A program made the position numbers and the translations under genes. A DNA stretch of 64,000 nt from Ylistrum balloti (lineage: Eukaryota): contig NW_026782303.1 of NCBI RefSeq assembly GCF_031769215.1, positions 310,001-374,000 on the forward strand. Reading direction: 5' to 3'. The notes below the pieces were generated by a model that saw nothing but the letters and a program-made list of their open reading frames with translations, ran no database searches and was not told the origin of the DNA. Shown here piece after piece: positions 37,450-50,645 of this stretch (position 1 is the first letter of the stretch; every line of letters starts with the position of its first letter).

Positions 37450-39350
37450 TACTTTTTAATTTTTTGATATATATAGTGTTTCGTGAGTATTGTAATATCA
37501 GTATCAATTAAGCTGGCTTGTGGTGATGTGTTTCTAAATGGAAAATTTGTTGAGAAAATAGTAAACAAAATATCCAATTAGTTTCCTGTTGTCAGTAGTA
37601 GTACTTGATCTTCCTTACGTTCCTATAAGCAATGAGTTATTGCTTCTGGTTCACCATTATAAATGTTACACAAATTTGTTTTGAACAGAAAATTGTTAGT
37701 AAATAACATATATCATTTTTATCTTATAACTTTGTAATTTTGAACTGGTTGAAATTGTGAAGGGAATTCTATAAATTTTCTTCCATTAATCGATATTGAT
37801 GAGAAAGTTTTCCCCCATTTCTTTACCCGAGTTGTAAAAATGCTTTGAACACATTGCAAAAGGTAAAAACAGCGTATTTTTCAAACTCAGAGTTTCCTGC
37901 TGTAAACAATCGATAACATCTTTGAAATCAACCTTTCTTAATCCCTAATTTAAACGATTTGGAATAACAACAGTTGTCTTTATTTTATTGGGCTTATCAT
38001 CTCAAATAAAATCAAGTATCATAGAATTCAATTAAACAACACATCTGGCATGCGTTGAAACAAAAGGATAAAAAAAGATAATTAAGCTGAAAGATCAGCA
38101 CTGCAAGCACTTAATTTTACCTTTAGGGGTCAATTCCACCTTTTTCAAGTATCAAATAAGGGTTATTAGTTTCATCAAAATCAAATCTAGGTATATCAGT
38201 CAGAAAAGTCAGCTCCCAAAATGTGAATCTGTTGAAAGTCAAAATCTGGCAAAACGTTTTTTCACTATATGGTTTACTGTTAATCCATGAAACCTATTTT
38301 TCATCAGTATTGATATATAACTCGATATCTTTGAAAAATTGTTTTATTCAGATTCCCTTAAAGGTCTTCATGAACCATCCAGCACCAACCCAGTATCATC
38401 AGCATATTCTAAGTTTTGAATGCATGCAATTTCTACCTTGATTTGCCTAGTATATTTATTGTTTATTTTTTCTCTTCTGATTTTTTTCTAAAATCACTGA
38501 AAAAATATATATGCGGCGATTGGATTACCTTGATGACACCCACGGTGAATACTAATAGGAACAGAGATGTTACCACCCTAATTTACAGAAGAAAAAACCT
38601 TAAAACGCAGTGTTTAAATCCATGCTTTGATACCACTCCCAAAATTCAAATAATTAAAATTTTCCTCTATGAAATGTCATGAGACAGCATCAAAGGCTTT
38701 TCCAAAGTCTATTGAAAGTAGCACACTTCTTAGCTTAATGCATCACACCGCACAGCGCACGGACATTTAAATGCCTGTTTGGTCATTACTTATAAATTTA
38801 AAACTTGCCCATTTCGTTACGCGATTATCCAAGAAGCTTTTTCGTAAGTAATATCTAAATGAGAAATGGGTCTTCAATTCTTTATTAAATGATATGGTTA
38901 ATTTCCCTTGGGAATGCAAGTGATTAGTCCTTGTCGTTGTGTAATTGAAGGCTGACTAACAGAGAAACAAAAATTGGTAGATTTAACAAACATTAAAAAA
39001 TTAGCAGTAAAACCAGCGGAACCGTAATTTTTTTATTGTTCTTTATATATCGAGTATCTTACCTGCTTCTTCAATTGCTATTTGACCTTCCAGACTATCA
39101 GCTTCGATTTGATTAAACTTAGAAACATTATAACAGAGAGGTGATTATCTGCATTCAAATCATCGATCTTCTCTATTTCATTATTTTCCGTATTTTTGCT
39201 TGGTCTTGCTCAACCAGTTTTTGTGCCCTTTAGCTTTTAAGAGTTTGTCTGATATAGCATGTTTCTCAAATTTTAAATTTCGTTGAATCAGCATGAGACC
39301 TGAGATTATGGTATGTCGGGGTCTGTTTCGTATGATGAGTAGAGGTCCTA
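37450..39350 (-). mobile_element. Decayed L1/Tx1-like LINE ORF2 fragment (linker, RT, C-terminal region)
   Basis: Minus-strand motifs despite many stops: SLEGQIAIEEAGK (~39060-39100), SITQRQGLITCIPKG..RPIS (~38860-38960), LLSIDFGKAFDAVS (~38680-38720), RGCHQG (~38535), EYADDT (~38400) and NID*WKKIYRIPF (~37770). Confidence 0.85.
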
Positions 39351-40626
39351 TGTCATCTAACCGATGATTATGCTTTTATACCTAAAATGTCTATTCTGTC
39401 GTTCTTTCCTTGTCCTGTGAGATTCAAACTCCATGTTACCTTGTTTTACCTATGCTGTAACATGAGTCATTTATGTGTGTTATGCAACACACGCCACATC
39501 TGGAAACTATATTTAGAAATGAGCATGGTTTTAATTGTTACTTCCGTTCGTTTACCTCCAGTTCACGGGGTACTGCACTGCAATCGTAAGGTCAACAAAA
39601 GAAAAGAGGGATTAAAATGGAAATGGTCTTACTGTTGACATTGAAAGGTCGTAGAACAATAGTTATTACTCATTAGGGTCCGAACCACGAGAGCCCAGAA
39701 TATTCAAACTTAATTTCTGACACAGACGATAATTTTGGGAACGATAATAAATCTGTATGTGCAAATTTTTAACATTGTTATGTGCACAGATAAAGGTTTT
39801 GACAACGGCCACATTACTTATTGTGCAGCTACAGAGAAAGTTTCGGAGCTATTCTGAGGTGCAAATTTAGGTTTATAGTTATTATAAAATCTAATTTAGA
39901 TTTTAAAAGCCAGTTCTCATGAAGGAAATGAAAATTAATCTGGGATAATTCTTTTCGTTTTCCATTTAATGCTATTATATTACAGTTTACTTCAAATAAA
40001 GTGATTCCAAGCAGTAAGGATGGAGCCCATAGTTTTAAAAAACAGAATATCGAGTTTTTAACGCGCATACAAAAATGAAGTTCAAATTAATAATCAGAAG
40101 AATTAAAAAAAAAAATCAGTCATATAGACAATAGAACATCAAACGATCGTTGTAAAGTGACAAAGGTAGCAGTCTGGCACTAGCGCCCATTCATAACTGC
40201 AATTTTTATCTATTATAGGTTCCGTATAATACATAATTTTAGTGACAAAATGACGGATGATGGTGTAGCCTAATACAAGGTTTAATTGAAAAGTCAATTC
40301 TACTAGATATACCCGAAATAAAGATAATTAGATTTGTATAATTTGAAAGGAAATATCAGTAGGATCATTGTCAAGTATAATTGCTGTGAATGTGAGAGTA
40401 GGACATATAGACAGTAACGGCTGCAGCCATCGTAAGAATCACTAAACATATGTAAGTTTGCAGCACCGTCTGGTCGTAACTTCAACTTTAATTATGAAGA
40501 TTGTAAAGCGGATATCCAAAACCAATTACTATCATACCTTATTAAGGACTAGCAAACAGTCTCTGGTGTGTGGCCATATCTCTATTGCGCTTGTCACACG
40601 TACTAACCTTTCTTCATCAGTGACTT

Positions 40627-40792
40627 GGAGACGTGGAGATGCAGCAGCCCCATAATTCAACAAAGGATTTAAATACCTATCACTACTTTCTTCTTGTCTT
40701 TTATTTGTGGTTGATTTTTATTTCTTTCTTTCTGCTTTTTTAAATGTCGACTCAATTGATTTTCTTTAGTTGGTCCTGTATATTCCAGATAT
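40627..40792. repeat. 166-bp insertion flanked by a 14-bp direct repeat; copy of 42222-42387
   Basis: TTCATCAGTGACTT at 40613-40626 and 40793-40806. The enclosed sequence matches 42224-42387 at a constant offset of 1595 with 5 substitutions by manual count. Confidence 0.85.
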
Positions 40793-41289
40793 TTCATCAG
40801 TGACTTACAAGTGATTTCTAGTTAACAGCCATCTCCCCATTGCTATTGTCGTACGTACTTAAAAGACGTAATGAGTTCTAATCTATAAAAATAACTCACA
40901 GGAGAAATTCTTAGAATTACTATTCTCCAAGTATCAGACAAATACATGTTTCGAATATTAATCTCTTTATTTGTTATTTTCTGAGTGTCCATTTAATATC
41001 GTTTTATACAACATCGCAATTAAGAAGTTGCTTTTGTATCATCAGCAAATCCTTGTTTGATATTATGATGTCAAAAAGTTTTTTTTATTGAAATTAAAAC
41101 GATCAATAAACGACGTCATTATTTCACTGTCCCTTAAAACTACTTGATTAATCTTATGTATAGAAACATTGATGATAGCGATGCTCTTCAGCGAAGGTCT
41201 ATACCGGTAACATGTGTTTTAATCACGGCGAAGATGAGAGGGACCAAAAATTTGTACATCCTAGAAAATTTTCTCCCGAAGTGAAAAGC

Positions 41290-41700
41290 ATGGAGCTTCC
41301 AGAAGTGGAAGGCAATGAGCATAGGTCCTCTGCACTTTACCTGTAGCTAATTGTTAATCAAAAGAAGAATTACTGTGATTGCCTTACTAATGAAATGGAC
41401 ATTAAAATTCCTCAAAGTACCACACTATAAACACAAGCACTCAAAACTTCAACCTCACAATAATTGCGCGATCGATCACTCGCTGTAGGGAACCAAATTT
41501 TCATCACTTCTTGAAGCATTAACCAGCTAGCAAAAATTTCATTTTATTTTTTTAATACGGTCAAGAATGTCATTGTGGAATGCAAGCTTCGCTCTTTTCA
41601 GACACTACAAGACTCATATTATGAAGAAAGGATGGATCTTGATAATACACTTTTCATAGCAGGCATGTTCTCTCATGCCATACATACGTATGATATGTTT
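41290..41700 (+). mobile_element. Possible hAT transposase C-terminal (dimerisation) remnant
   Basis: Broken frames VLCTLPVANC and ASFALFRHYKTH..AGMFSHAIH loosely resemble the hAT dimerisation-domain consensus; heavily degenerate. Confidence 0.3.
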
Positions 41701-42059
41701 ATCACAAATAAATTCCATATAACATCGACACTGTTGAAAGATCCTATATATGTGTAAAACATCGTCTGCATCTTATTTAGAAATAATACAACAATATGTT
41801 AAGGTTGTTATGAGCAGGTGTCCTAAAATTAGTGATGTAATGAAACAGTGTAAAACAGGAACCTTGAAAATATGAATAAAAAGGAAATAAAAAAAGGATT
41901 TGGAAAATAAAGCACAACCATTCAGAAGTGGTTTCAGTTTGAAACATATGTAAAAACGTAGTGTATGTTCCTTTGACGTGTCCACATGTTGTTACGTAGC
42001 AAAGATAAGTTATCAAGTTACATTATTTGTTAGTTTTAATAAACTATTATAACAATTTG

Positions 42060-42250
42060 TCCATAAAGACACACACGTGAATAGCACCTTTTAATGATTT
42101 GGAGTTAGATGCAGTATAACCAAACAATGAATGAACTTGATCATACAGCTGTTGCTAAGGACTTTGAAGCCTATAAGGCTACTGAACAAAATCTCGAAGA
42201 GATCGAAAGAAAAGTGAAAATCTAGACGTGGAGGTGCAGCAGCCCCATAA
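42060..42250 (+). repeat. Dispersed repeat family R2 (second copy at 60415-60610)
   Basis: aaagacacac.(a/c)gtgaatagca..catacagc..tt(t/c)gaagcctat.aggc..gaaagaaaagt.aaaatct..(c/t)gtggaggtgcagcagccccata is shared with 60415-60610. Confidence 0.75.
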
Positions 42251-43602
42251 GTAAATAAAGGATTTAAATACCTATCACTACTTTCTTCTTGTCTTTAATT
42301 TGTGGTTGATTTTTATTTCTTTCTTTCTGCTTTTTTAAATGTCGACTCAATTGATTTTCTTTAGTTGGTCCTGTATATTCCAGATATTTTATTTGATAAG
42401 TTCATTATCTTACACACCTAGCTCTTTGTCAACAATCATTTATCGTTATATGCATCATGTACTATGTATTGCTAAAAGTTTTAAAAATGGTTAGAAATTA
42501 TTTTTGAAAAAATCTGAATCGTCATATGCATATACTATGTATTGCTAAAACTGAAAAAATGAATAGAAAAAAAATAAAAATGCAATTTAAACTGACGTAA
42601 AATTGTTCAAACAATGAAATCACAAAATGATATACGGTCTTTAAAACACAGTGTAATCATTCATCTAAATTCTATGACCTTCCTCCCAAGATAAATACTA
42701 AAGTACATTCACTTTTAATTCTTTGATAAGTATATAAGCTAAACAAATCTGGTTAATTAATTCAAATCACCAATTAACTCAATGCCCTTAATTCCATACC
42801 TATGTTCGTTTGATCTTGTACTCTTTCAGTGCTAACAATGTGATTTATTTTTAGACGCCATTGTTGTTGTCCGTGCTGGCTTTACAATAGTCACCAATCA
42901 AATCTGTAATCTTATATACTACTATAGAAGATGAGGTTGATCAAGTGACGTCAGCGATGTTTCAGTGATTAATGCTTTAGTACACAACGACGTGGCGGTC
43001 GCTGACCTGTTCACTACTGGTGACGATGCATTATTAAAGTGATTGATGTGTAAGGGGATCCGATTCAGACACGACTTAGTCACGTTTTCTTAACAAGACT
43101 TTCGTTATTTTCTTTTAATTAATGAGGAGTTGGCACATGCAATGAAAAATATACAGACGTGATTAGTTATAGTGCAAAGGATACACAAACTTAGAAATGA
43201 AGAATACTTACAAGAAGAGTGGGTGTCATCACTACGGATGACGCTGTATGTTATGCATTGTCAGCAAAATTGATTTCAATAACAATCAACAAAACAGACA
43301 AAACCACTACACGACGAATTATGATATAAACCATGTTTCCTTGATAAGAATTTTACTGATTTTGTTAAATAATTTCACGCTTAACAAACAAAAAGAATAT
43401 GTTGTATCTTTATACGACCAACAAATGAATTTAATTTTTTTTAATTCTATATGTTAGACGGATGCAAGTAAATGTTTTTACCTATCTTTTGTCATTTTTT
43501 TTTATATTTCAACCGTATACCGCTAGTATAGACCTTATAGTCTACCATATCATTACAAGTACTGACCTCTATCAAACGACCCAGACGTTTGTCTCACTGA
43601 TA

Positions 43603-43886
43603 CTGTTAATCCCCTATATTTCACGAATATCATGCTTTGCGAACTTGCACCTTCTGTCATATTCGCAAATACATGATTTCGCGAGCGGTGATCTAGAAAT
43701 GACTTTCTATTTGCAGAATGATAGGCTTTTAGATATATGGATTCCGATATTGATAACCAAATCAATATGGATGTCATCAAGAGTTATTGCTGTACAAAAT
43801 GATCGTTAGGGATTTGAATTTGCGACTGACTCTGCTTGCGTTTTAATGCTGAAATAAACCCAACGCGAAATATAAGTGATTCACAG
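43603..43886. mobile_element. MITE with degenerate TIRs (CTGT...ACAG) and TTCGC subterminal motifs
   Basis: Left tactgttaatcccctatatttcacg versus the reverse complement of the right end, cactgtgaatcacttatatttcgcg. Confidence 0.65.
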
Positions 43887-45422
43887 TGTTTCGCGGAATG
43901 TGGACAACTATTCACGATAACTGAGATGTTTGTAAATTGTTGCCCTGATAGAAAGAGTACATCATAGAAATTTGAAAATAGACACTTACGCCAATAGTTA
44001 GATAATGAAAAATTAAATTGTGAAATTCCGTTTCTCTTTATTTAAAATATTTTCTTTATTTTCCTTGGTGTTGTAAATTTCACTTATATTATGCTTATGT
44101 CGTTTTTTCAATAATTTGAGGGAAAGATATTTTCTCGCTCATTATCTTTTGTAAAATTTCCTAATTTTCTCCGAAATCACAAATATTACTGTTAATAGAC
44201 ACCGCTCTTTAGACAACAAAAATTGGTAGAGTTTCACAGTTACAAATAAAATAAAGCGTTTTTCAACGAAATCAATCCCACAAAACATAACACAAACGCT
44301 TTTTCAAAATATTTCACAAAGTTTAAACGGTAAGTAAGAAAAAATAAGTAAAACATTACTACATGTAAAAAATGGTTTTTCTAGAGAAAATGTTCTTATA
44401 TATGATAAATGATATCTCAACAAAGAGTAGACATATTCCTTCTGTAATGGTAGCGTGACAACCCAATATGTACGAGAATGAAAATAGTGTTTGATCAAAT
44501 TAAAACTCTATAACAAGACCTAGGATAAAAATAGGCGCACATTTACTGTGGTTAATTCATTGAGTTCGTGTTAATGGGTTTTATTTTTTATTTTAAATTA
44601 TCGATCGTCACAGAAGTGCATGCCGTGATTGTGGTGTATATTGTATGTATCTACATATTTGTTGCCTGGCATAATATTGGCATTTATATCAATGATAGAA
44701 AATATTGAATTTGTACATCGATTACAGACAGGCTTATGGAAACTGACTTTCATTAATAAGTCATGAGAACTGGTCCTGATACTAAATAGAACCTGGAAGC
44801 CACGTGTATGCTAGGTGCCTATTTGTTGTAAAAGTAAAAATAAAAAGGCATTGTATTGATTATTCGGCAAAATGTGTCAAAACTTTACGGTACACAATAT
44901 CGATTTAACGATAGAAAGCGGTTTGTTTGAAAAATAAATTAATGTGATGAGATGGAACGCTTTCTTATTGTGTGAGTGAAGCTGCAAATGCCGTGCAATA
45001 CCTCACGAACGTGATAACCTGACATGCCACTAGTACGGCCAAATTACTGTGATGCTTTTCTGGGTGTGAAACTTTGTGTATGCGCATGCGCGCTGGCAAA
45101 TTTCGGGGGAAAGGTATTGATACAACTTCATAGTATATAAAGTACAAATTAGGTTGGGCTCTACACTTCATCTAGTTAAGACATTCGGATATCTAATATG
45201 TTAAACCTTGAAAAAATTAATTTGGACTTTGGAAAATAATTACTGTGTAACTAAGGCAGAATGATTTCATCGTTGTGTGTTGCATCACGCTTGAGGTTAC
45301 GGTATTACAGTTTTAACAGAATTCACCAAAATGAATTCTGCTATGGTAAGGAGCATCAGCTTGTTTAATCATATGAAACTAACGTTACAATCTACAATTT
45401 GAAAAGGATACAGCGATTCCGG

Positions 45423-46832
45423 ATGAGTACATTAACAGTACCAGTGCCCACTGGGGAATTTAGGAGAAGAAGTTTAAGCGGTGATCGAAACTTTCACTTC
45501 AAGAGAAAGAAGACATCAAACTCATTAGAACACCCAAGCGTGCTAAATAAGTTAATAACTGGATTTCTCCTTCGGAAAATTATTTTTGCTATGATCGTTA
45601 TATTTGTGGTGTTAGCATATTTCTCTGTCAGCCTAACCATTTCTTACAGAGATATGTCGACAGGTAAAGAGAGTATGGACTCTGATATGGATTTGTGTTC
45701 CTTGACTGCAAAATCTGCTAATATCTACAACGATATAAAACGGGTTAAAATGACGGGAAGATTGGCTGAGTTGTCTTATATTCGTGCGAGAGAAGATCTC
45801 CTACAGAGCTTTGATTTCACTAAAAAGCATAAAAGTCCATTTGAAAATGCGTCATATCCGACGAAAGGAGATATGCGTGTTATCTTACAACGACACAAGG
45901 AAGGGAAAACGACAGACGAGGAAAAAATAAATAAGTACCCATTTTCCTTTATATTAAATCCGTCTGGTCAATGTGATGAAACTCCAAATTCTGAACAAAA
46001 TATTTATTTGTTGTTTATAATTAAATCATTATCATCACATTCAAGGAGAAGAAATGTCATTCGGAATACTTGGACTAACAACACCTTCATCAACGGGTAC
46101 ACAGTTAAGAGAATATTTATCTTTGGTCAAGGTAACGATAGCAACGATGTTAATGCAGCATTGAAATCCGAAGCTGCCTTATTCGGAGATATATTACAAA
46201 TGAATTTAGTGGACAGCCACCGTAATAGCACGTGGAAATCACGTGGTGGATTGAAATGGGCTTCAGAAAACTGTTTTGGTGCGAAATACGTGATGTTAGT
46301 GGATGATGATTATTATGTGGCGACTGATTTGGTGATTCAGCTTCTGGAGTTTACTGGTAAACTAGACAACTTGTATATGGGCGTGGTTAACTGGCGACCT
46401 TCACCCTTCAGGTCAAAGGTTAGTAAATGGTATATTTCGCCCGAGGAATATCCCTACCCAGTCTATCCTGCGTTCGTAAGTTCAAGTGCTCTTCTGATGT
46501 CTATGGATTTCGTTATAAACTTTAATATAGCCAGCATGTATACGAAACATTTTATATTTGATGACGTATTTCTTGCAATTGTGGCTTCCAAATTAAACGT
46601 TTCCCCTATAAGCAATAAACTATTTTATCGCGGGAATATTCCATACATCAATAAATTATTTGAAACCACACTTGCCTGTCACGGCTTTGATACACCAACT
46701 GGTTTATACAATGCATGGATGATACATATGTTGGTGAGGTGTTATGGACGAAATATTGTCAATCATTTTCTGATGAAAACAGGTAACCGACGATCAAATC
46801 TGCCCGATCTTGGACGTTTATATAGAAGTTGA
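45423..46832 (+). CDS. Beta-1,3-galactosyltransferase-like glycosyltransferase (GT31 family), intronless, type II membrane protein, ~469 aa
   Basis: Single TM segment IIFAMIVIFVVLAYFSVSLTI followed by LLFIIKS..RRNVIRNTW, FGDILQMNLVDSHRNSTWKS..LKW, YVMLVDDDYYV, YPYPVYPAFVSS and FDDVFL. First ATG at 45423 (the ORF track starts from TTG at 45399). Confidence 0.92.
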   Translation: MSTLTVPVPTGEFRRRSLSGDRNFHFKRKKTSNSLEHPSVLNKLITGFLLRKIIFAMIVIFVVLAYFSVSLTISYRDMSTGKESMDSDMDLCSLTAKSANIYNDIKRVKMTGRLAELSYIRAREDLLQSFDFTKKHKSPFENASYPTKGDMRVILQRHKEGKTTDEEKINKYPFSFILNPSGQCDETPNSEQNIYLLFIIKSLSSHSRRRNVIRNTWTNNTFINGYTVKRIFIFGQGNDSNDVNAALKSEAALFGDILQMNLVDSHRNSTWKSRGGLKWASENCFGAKYVMLVDDDYYVATDLVIQLLEFTGKLDNLYMGVVNWRPSPFRSKVSKWYISPEEYPYPVYPAFVSSSALLMSMDFVINFNIASMYTKHFIFDDVFLAIVASKLNVSPISNKLFYRGNIPYINKLFETTLACHGFDTPTGLYNAWMIHMLVRCYGRNIVNHFLMKTGNRRSNLPDLGRLYRS

Positions 46833-49204
46833 GATCGAGCATTCAACCCATCTGTATTTTTCCACCTTTTAAGAAAAGATTTTGTCTTGGCTTCAGCATT
46901 TTGGCTAATTTACAAGAAATGATAATAATTATAATTATAGTAATAATCATCTATATATCATATCCTTATATTCACAATTTCAAATCCAATTATTTGACAA
47001 TAAAACAACAGAAAACACAGATATATCAGCGGAATATTAATTTAAAAACGACAAAAAATATGATCAAAAGTGAGATTTTCGCGGAGACTCGTAAAATAAG
47101 GAATAAGTATTCCGAAAGCGTTAAAGTATTCTACTCAATCGAAAGCATCCGCAAATTCAATTTACTCATGTCACGTTCTGAAATAAGAACAGCGATATCA
47201 CCAAGGGTATTAACGAGCGTCGGGCACATGTAAATTTATATTACACTACTGCGGCATGTAAACACTATACCGTTTGGAAGATTAGATTATGCTGCTTAGA
47301 AACGTACACAAATTGCATTAGGGAAATCAATATCTCACTTATATCATACAGCTTGGTAGAAAATTGTCCTCTGTTGCTCTCATTGTAGAAAAAGATGGAG
47401 ATAAAGCCGATGTAGATATATCTATCGTATTCTTGATTTTCAAATCTGGTAGGTATTAATAATGGATATGGTCAATAATTGTGTCATTGAATGACAAGAT
47501 ATCAATATATCTAAAAATGATATAAAACGATTTTTGTAACCTCCTCAACATCTTTTTATTTAATTCATAACATAAGAAATGTTCTGATTACAAAACTGCC
47601 TGTTCATTTTAAAAGCCCTTTCCAATGATATTTCAATATTTATAAAGCTACAAAAATATATCAATACAACTCATAAGGAAATATGTATCGTACATGTGTC
47701 TTTGATAAGTGTATATTTCCTTGTTGAATACTAGAAATTATGTTTGTTCTAAGTACAAAACGTTTACGATTCAGTACTCGGAAAAATCATTGCTGTCGGC
47801 AAGATCATTTTTGATTGTATAATAATCTCAGTGTTTGTCTGCAAAATGATTTACTAAAGATCAAATTTGTTAAATCAACAATCACTTATTTTCATGAAGT
47901 TATCATGATAGCAGTATACAGATGCTACTGTTATATAGTACAACTAACATTTTAAGCCTTCTGGGATTTTCTGTTTTGTATAAAAGTGTACATTACATGA
48001 TTCAGTTTTGAGAAGGTAGTAAATAATTTATTTTAACCAATAGAAAATTTCACAATTTTCTTAATTCAAGAGATTCATGAACATAGCACAAAGGAAGAAA
48101 CATTCGTATTGTACTTTGTATTTGTTTTTAAACAGATACGGAAACTTTCAAATCTTAAAAAGAAACCATGATGACTGAAAGGATCTGTGTGTTTACAGAT
48201 AATGAATATTTAAGAAGCAAAGTGGCTCGACCTATATCCGTATTTTCAGACAATTGCTTTGTATCGATCTTTTAAAAGGCATTTTGAATTATACATCTTT
48301 AAAGAAAATATCCTCTGCGTTCCTGTGATACACTAGAGATATAGAAATTAGTATGTATTTACAATTCAGTTTGATTTGCGTAGGGATTATGTCATGGATG
48401 TTCACGAACGCTACAAAAATGTGTATTCATAATGTGAAACATTTCAATAAAGTCATACTTATTTTCAAATCATTTGAATTTGTTATTTCTACGAATCATG
48501 CTTCATCCCAAAATGATAACACCACCAATAGCACAACGTCTGAAAATACTAAAAGCACCTTCAAAATGAATGCATATTTCAAATTTGTATACATGTATAT
48601 TGTTTAATAAAAAAATCAGCGATTAAAATCTATCCGACAACATTTCTGGCTTTTAAATGTTGATTAATGATTCACGGTCTTCCTTTTCAGAATCACGTCA
48701 TTTAAGTAATTCAGGAGAAACCGTGAAAAATGGCGTTATATATGAGTAGTGAAAATACACACACACAAAAGTTATTGTCATTTTAATGGACAAGCATCGA
48801 TACATTTCTTGAGTTTGTAAGAATTTCTGGAATGCTTAACGAAATGAAATACAGCAACCGGCAAAACTATTTTTACTTTTCAGGGCATTGGGGAAATGAA
48901 GAATGTATGGCATGTCGTAATACCATCTTTTTGCTTCACAAGACGCTGTTTACGATTTTCCAATGACAAAATCCTAGAGAGAGAGTAAAACTCAGAGAAA
49001 ACAATTTGTAAACTTGCTTTTATATTATCATACAAAAGTTGTTCACAGTTTAGGAAACTGTCGTTAAATAACTGAATTGCAAAATATAATTCTATTATTC
49101 ACGGTAGCAGCACACAGTGTGCAAGTTATAATCTTATGAAGTAATGAAGTTGAGGTTGCGTATAGAGAGACTTTAGGATGAAATGTCTGTAAAAAAACAA
49201 CAAG

Positions 49205-49480
49205 AAAATACTAACATGTCAACGTAATCCAAACTCAAATTCAAATAAGACTAGGGCAAAATATAAACAAAAGAAAGATTTACACGGAGAATCCTGGAAA
49301 AATACAAGAAGATTAAGACTAGGTGTCCCAGAAGAGTAAGCGTCTTCTGTTTTATCGACGATACCTGCTATGTAAACCTTGGTCAATAGTAAATAATATC
49401 ACGTTATCAAATGAGAACAAGGTATACAACAATGGAACCATCAGGCAAACTAACGAGCATCAAACACGTCCTTCTCGTAG
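49205..49480 (+). repeat. Longest copy of dispersed repeat family R1
   Basis: Shares collinear blocks with 7200-7320, 13961-14075, 33085-33205 (rc), 35745-36000 and 54165-54225 (rc). Confidence 0.75.
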
Positions 49481-50409
49481 TGCCCCTTTTGCAGAATATT
49501 CGTTCATTTCTGATGTCAATTTCAGGTCAGCTGCATATAATATTCCATTCAAAACATCAGATTTTATGTGTGCTCATCGTCAAAGTGGGGGAGGGAAGTG
49601 AAATTATCAAATTTTCAATAAAACTTCCATTTACCAAGATTTAAAAACGAATCGTTATTTATATTTGGCAAATAACAGACCTTAAATAACTCCGGAGGGC
49701 CTGATCAAATCACCTCTAATAGGTGACATTAGTGCATTTTCAATTTTAATCTGATTTTTACCGGAGAATGTTTTTTTCTGATTTTGATGGAAACACTTTG
49801 AATGTCTTATCCTTCGTTGTATATCTAAGAAACTATTGTAAAACAGTTGTAGTTTTAGGCCTCAATTTCCACCATTGTGTTGTGCAGTAGTATTGCAAAC
49901 TATTTGTGAGCTGGCTTGAGCTGAACTGAAATGGAAACAGTCGTGTAAAAGCGTAATACACATAGAAAGCTTCAAGTAGTCGATTGAAACCTGTATGCTT
50001 TAGTTTAATTAATTGTTTCGCACTTCCGTGTCTCACTCTAAAGTTGTATTAAAAGGCATTATTAATATGCATCTCTTTTTCAAGAATCTTCACGAAGATT
50101 GCAGATGCCATGTTTTATATTACTTGACTTTTCTCTAAAATTATTAGAAATATAGAAATTACGAAATCTAATTAATTATGGGGTTAATGCACCTCCCCAT
50201 ATCAATTTTGACATTTATTTCGGTGCAAATACGCGGTTGTGGACTATGATGGAACGTGAACATATCCAGATAGATATACTGAGGAGGAAGACTATTGGAA
50301 ATTTGTATCGCCACTGACGTGATCTCAATGGGAAAAATCATATTTCCTTGTTCAGTATAAAGGTACATGCTCTTTAGCATACATGGTAATTCTTTTTCGT
50401 TAATTTCTC

Positions 50410-50645
50410 TATAAGATTTATTTATTAAGCAACAATTGCGAAACAAGTTATTTCAACTAAACCGATTGCTAACCACTCTTGTTGTCCTAGACGTAAACGA
50501 GAGAGTGATCTTTGTGTTGTTGGAAACCGAAGTGCTCGTGGGAAACCTATGTGGTTGGCAGGTGACACCCTACCTTTTAACGTCCGTGCGGAAAATCCAA
50601 CCCCAGAATTGAAAGGCGAGTGCATTACCACTACGCCACCCGACA
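50410..50645 (-). mobile_element. tRNA-derived SINE with conserved central-domain-like motif
   Basis: Minus strand: GGTGGCGTAGTGGTAATGCACTCGCCTTTCA (A-box, tRNA-like head), ggtttcccacgagcacttcggtttcc (resembles the GGTTT.C.CCGGG..CTCCGGTTTCC core of V-/Meta-type SINEs) and an AAT-rich tail near 50420. Confidence 0.75.

Noticed and set aside
39063-39299. Apparent minus-strand phase 1-1 exon with good splice sites
   Set aside because: It contains four in-frame stops and runs directly into LINE ORF2 motifs (SLEGQIAIEEAGK..), so it is part of the decayed LINE.
46829-47233. 134-aa ORF abutting the glycosyltransferase
   Set aside because: TTG start, low-complexity ATA-repeat Ile run, and overlap with a degenerate R1 repeat; likely 3' UTR.
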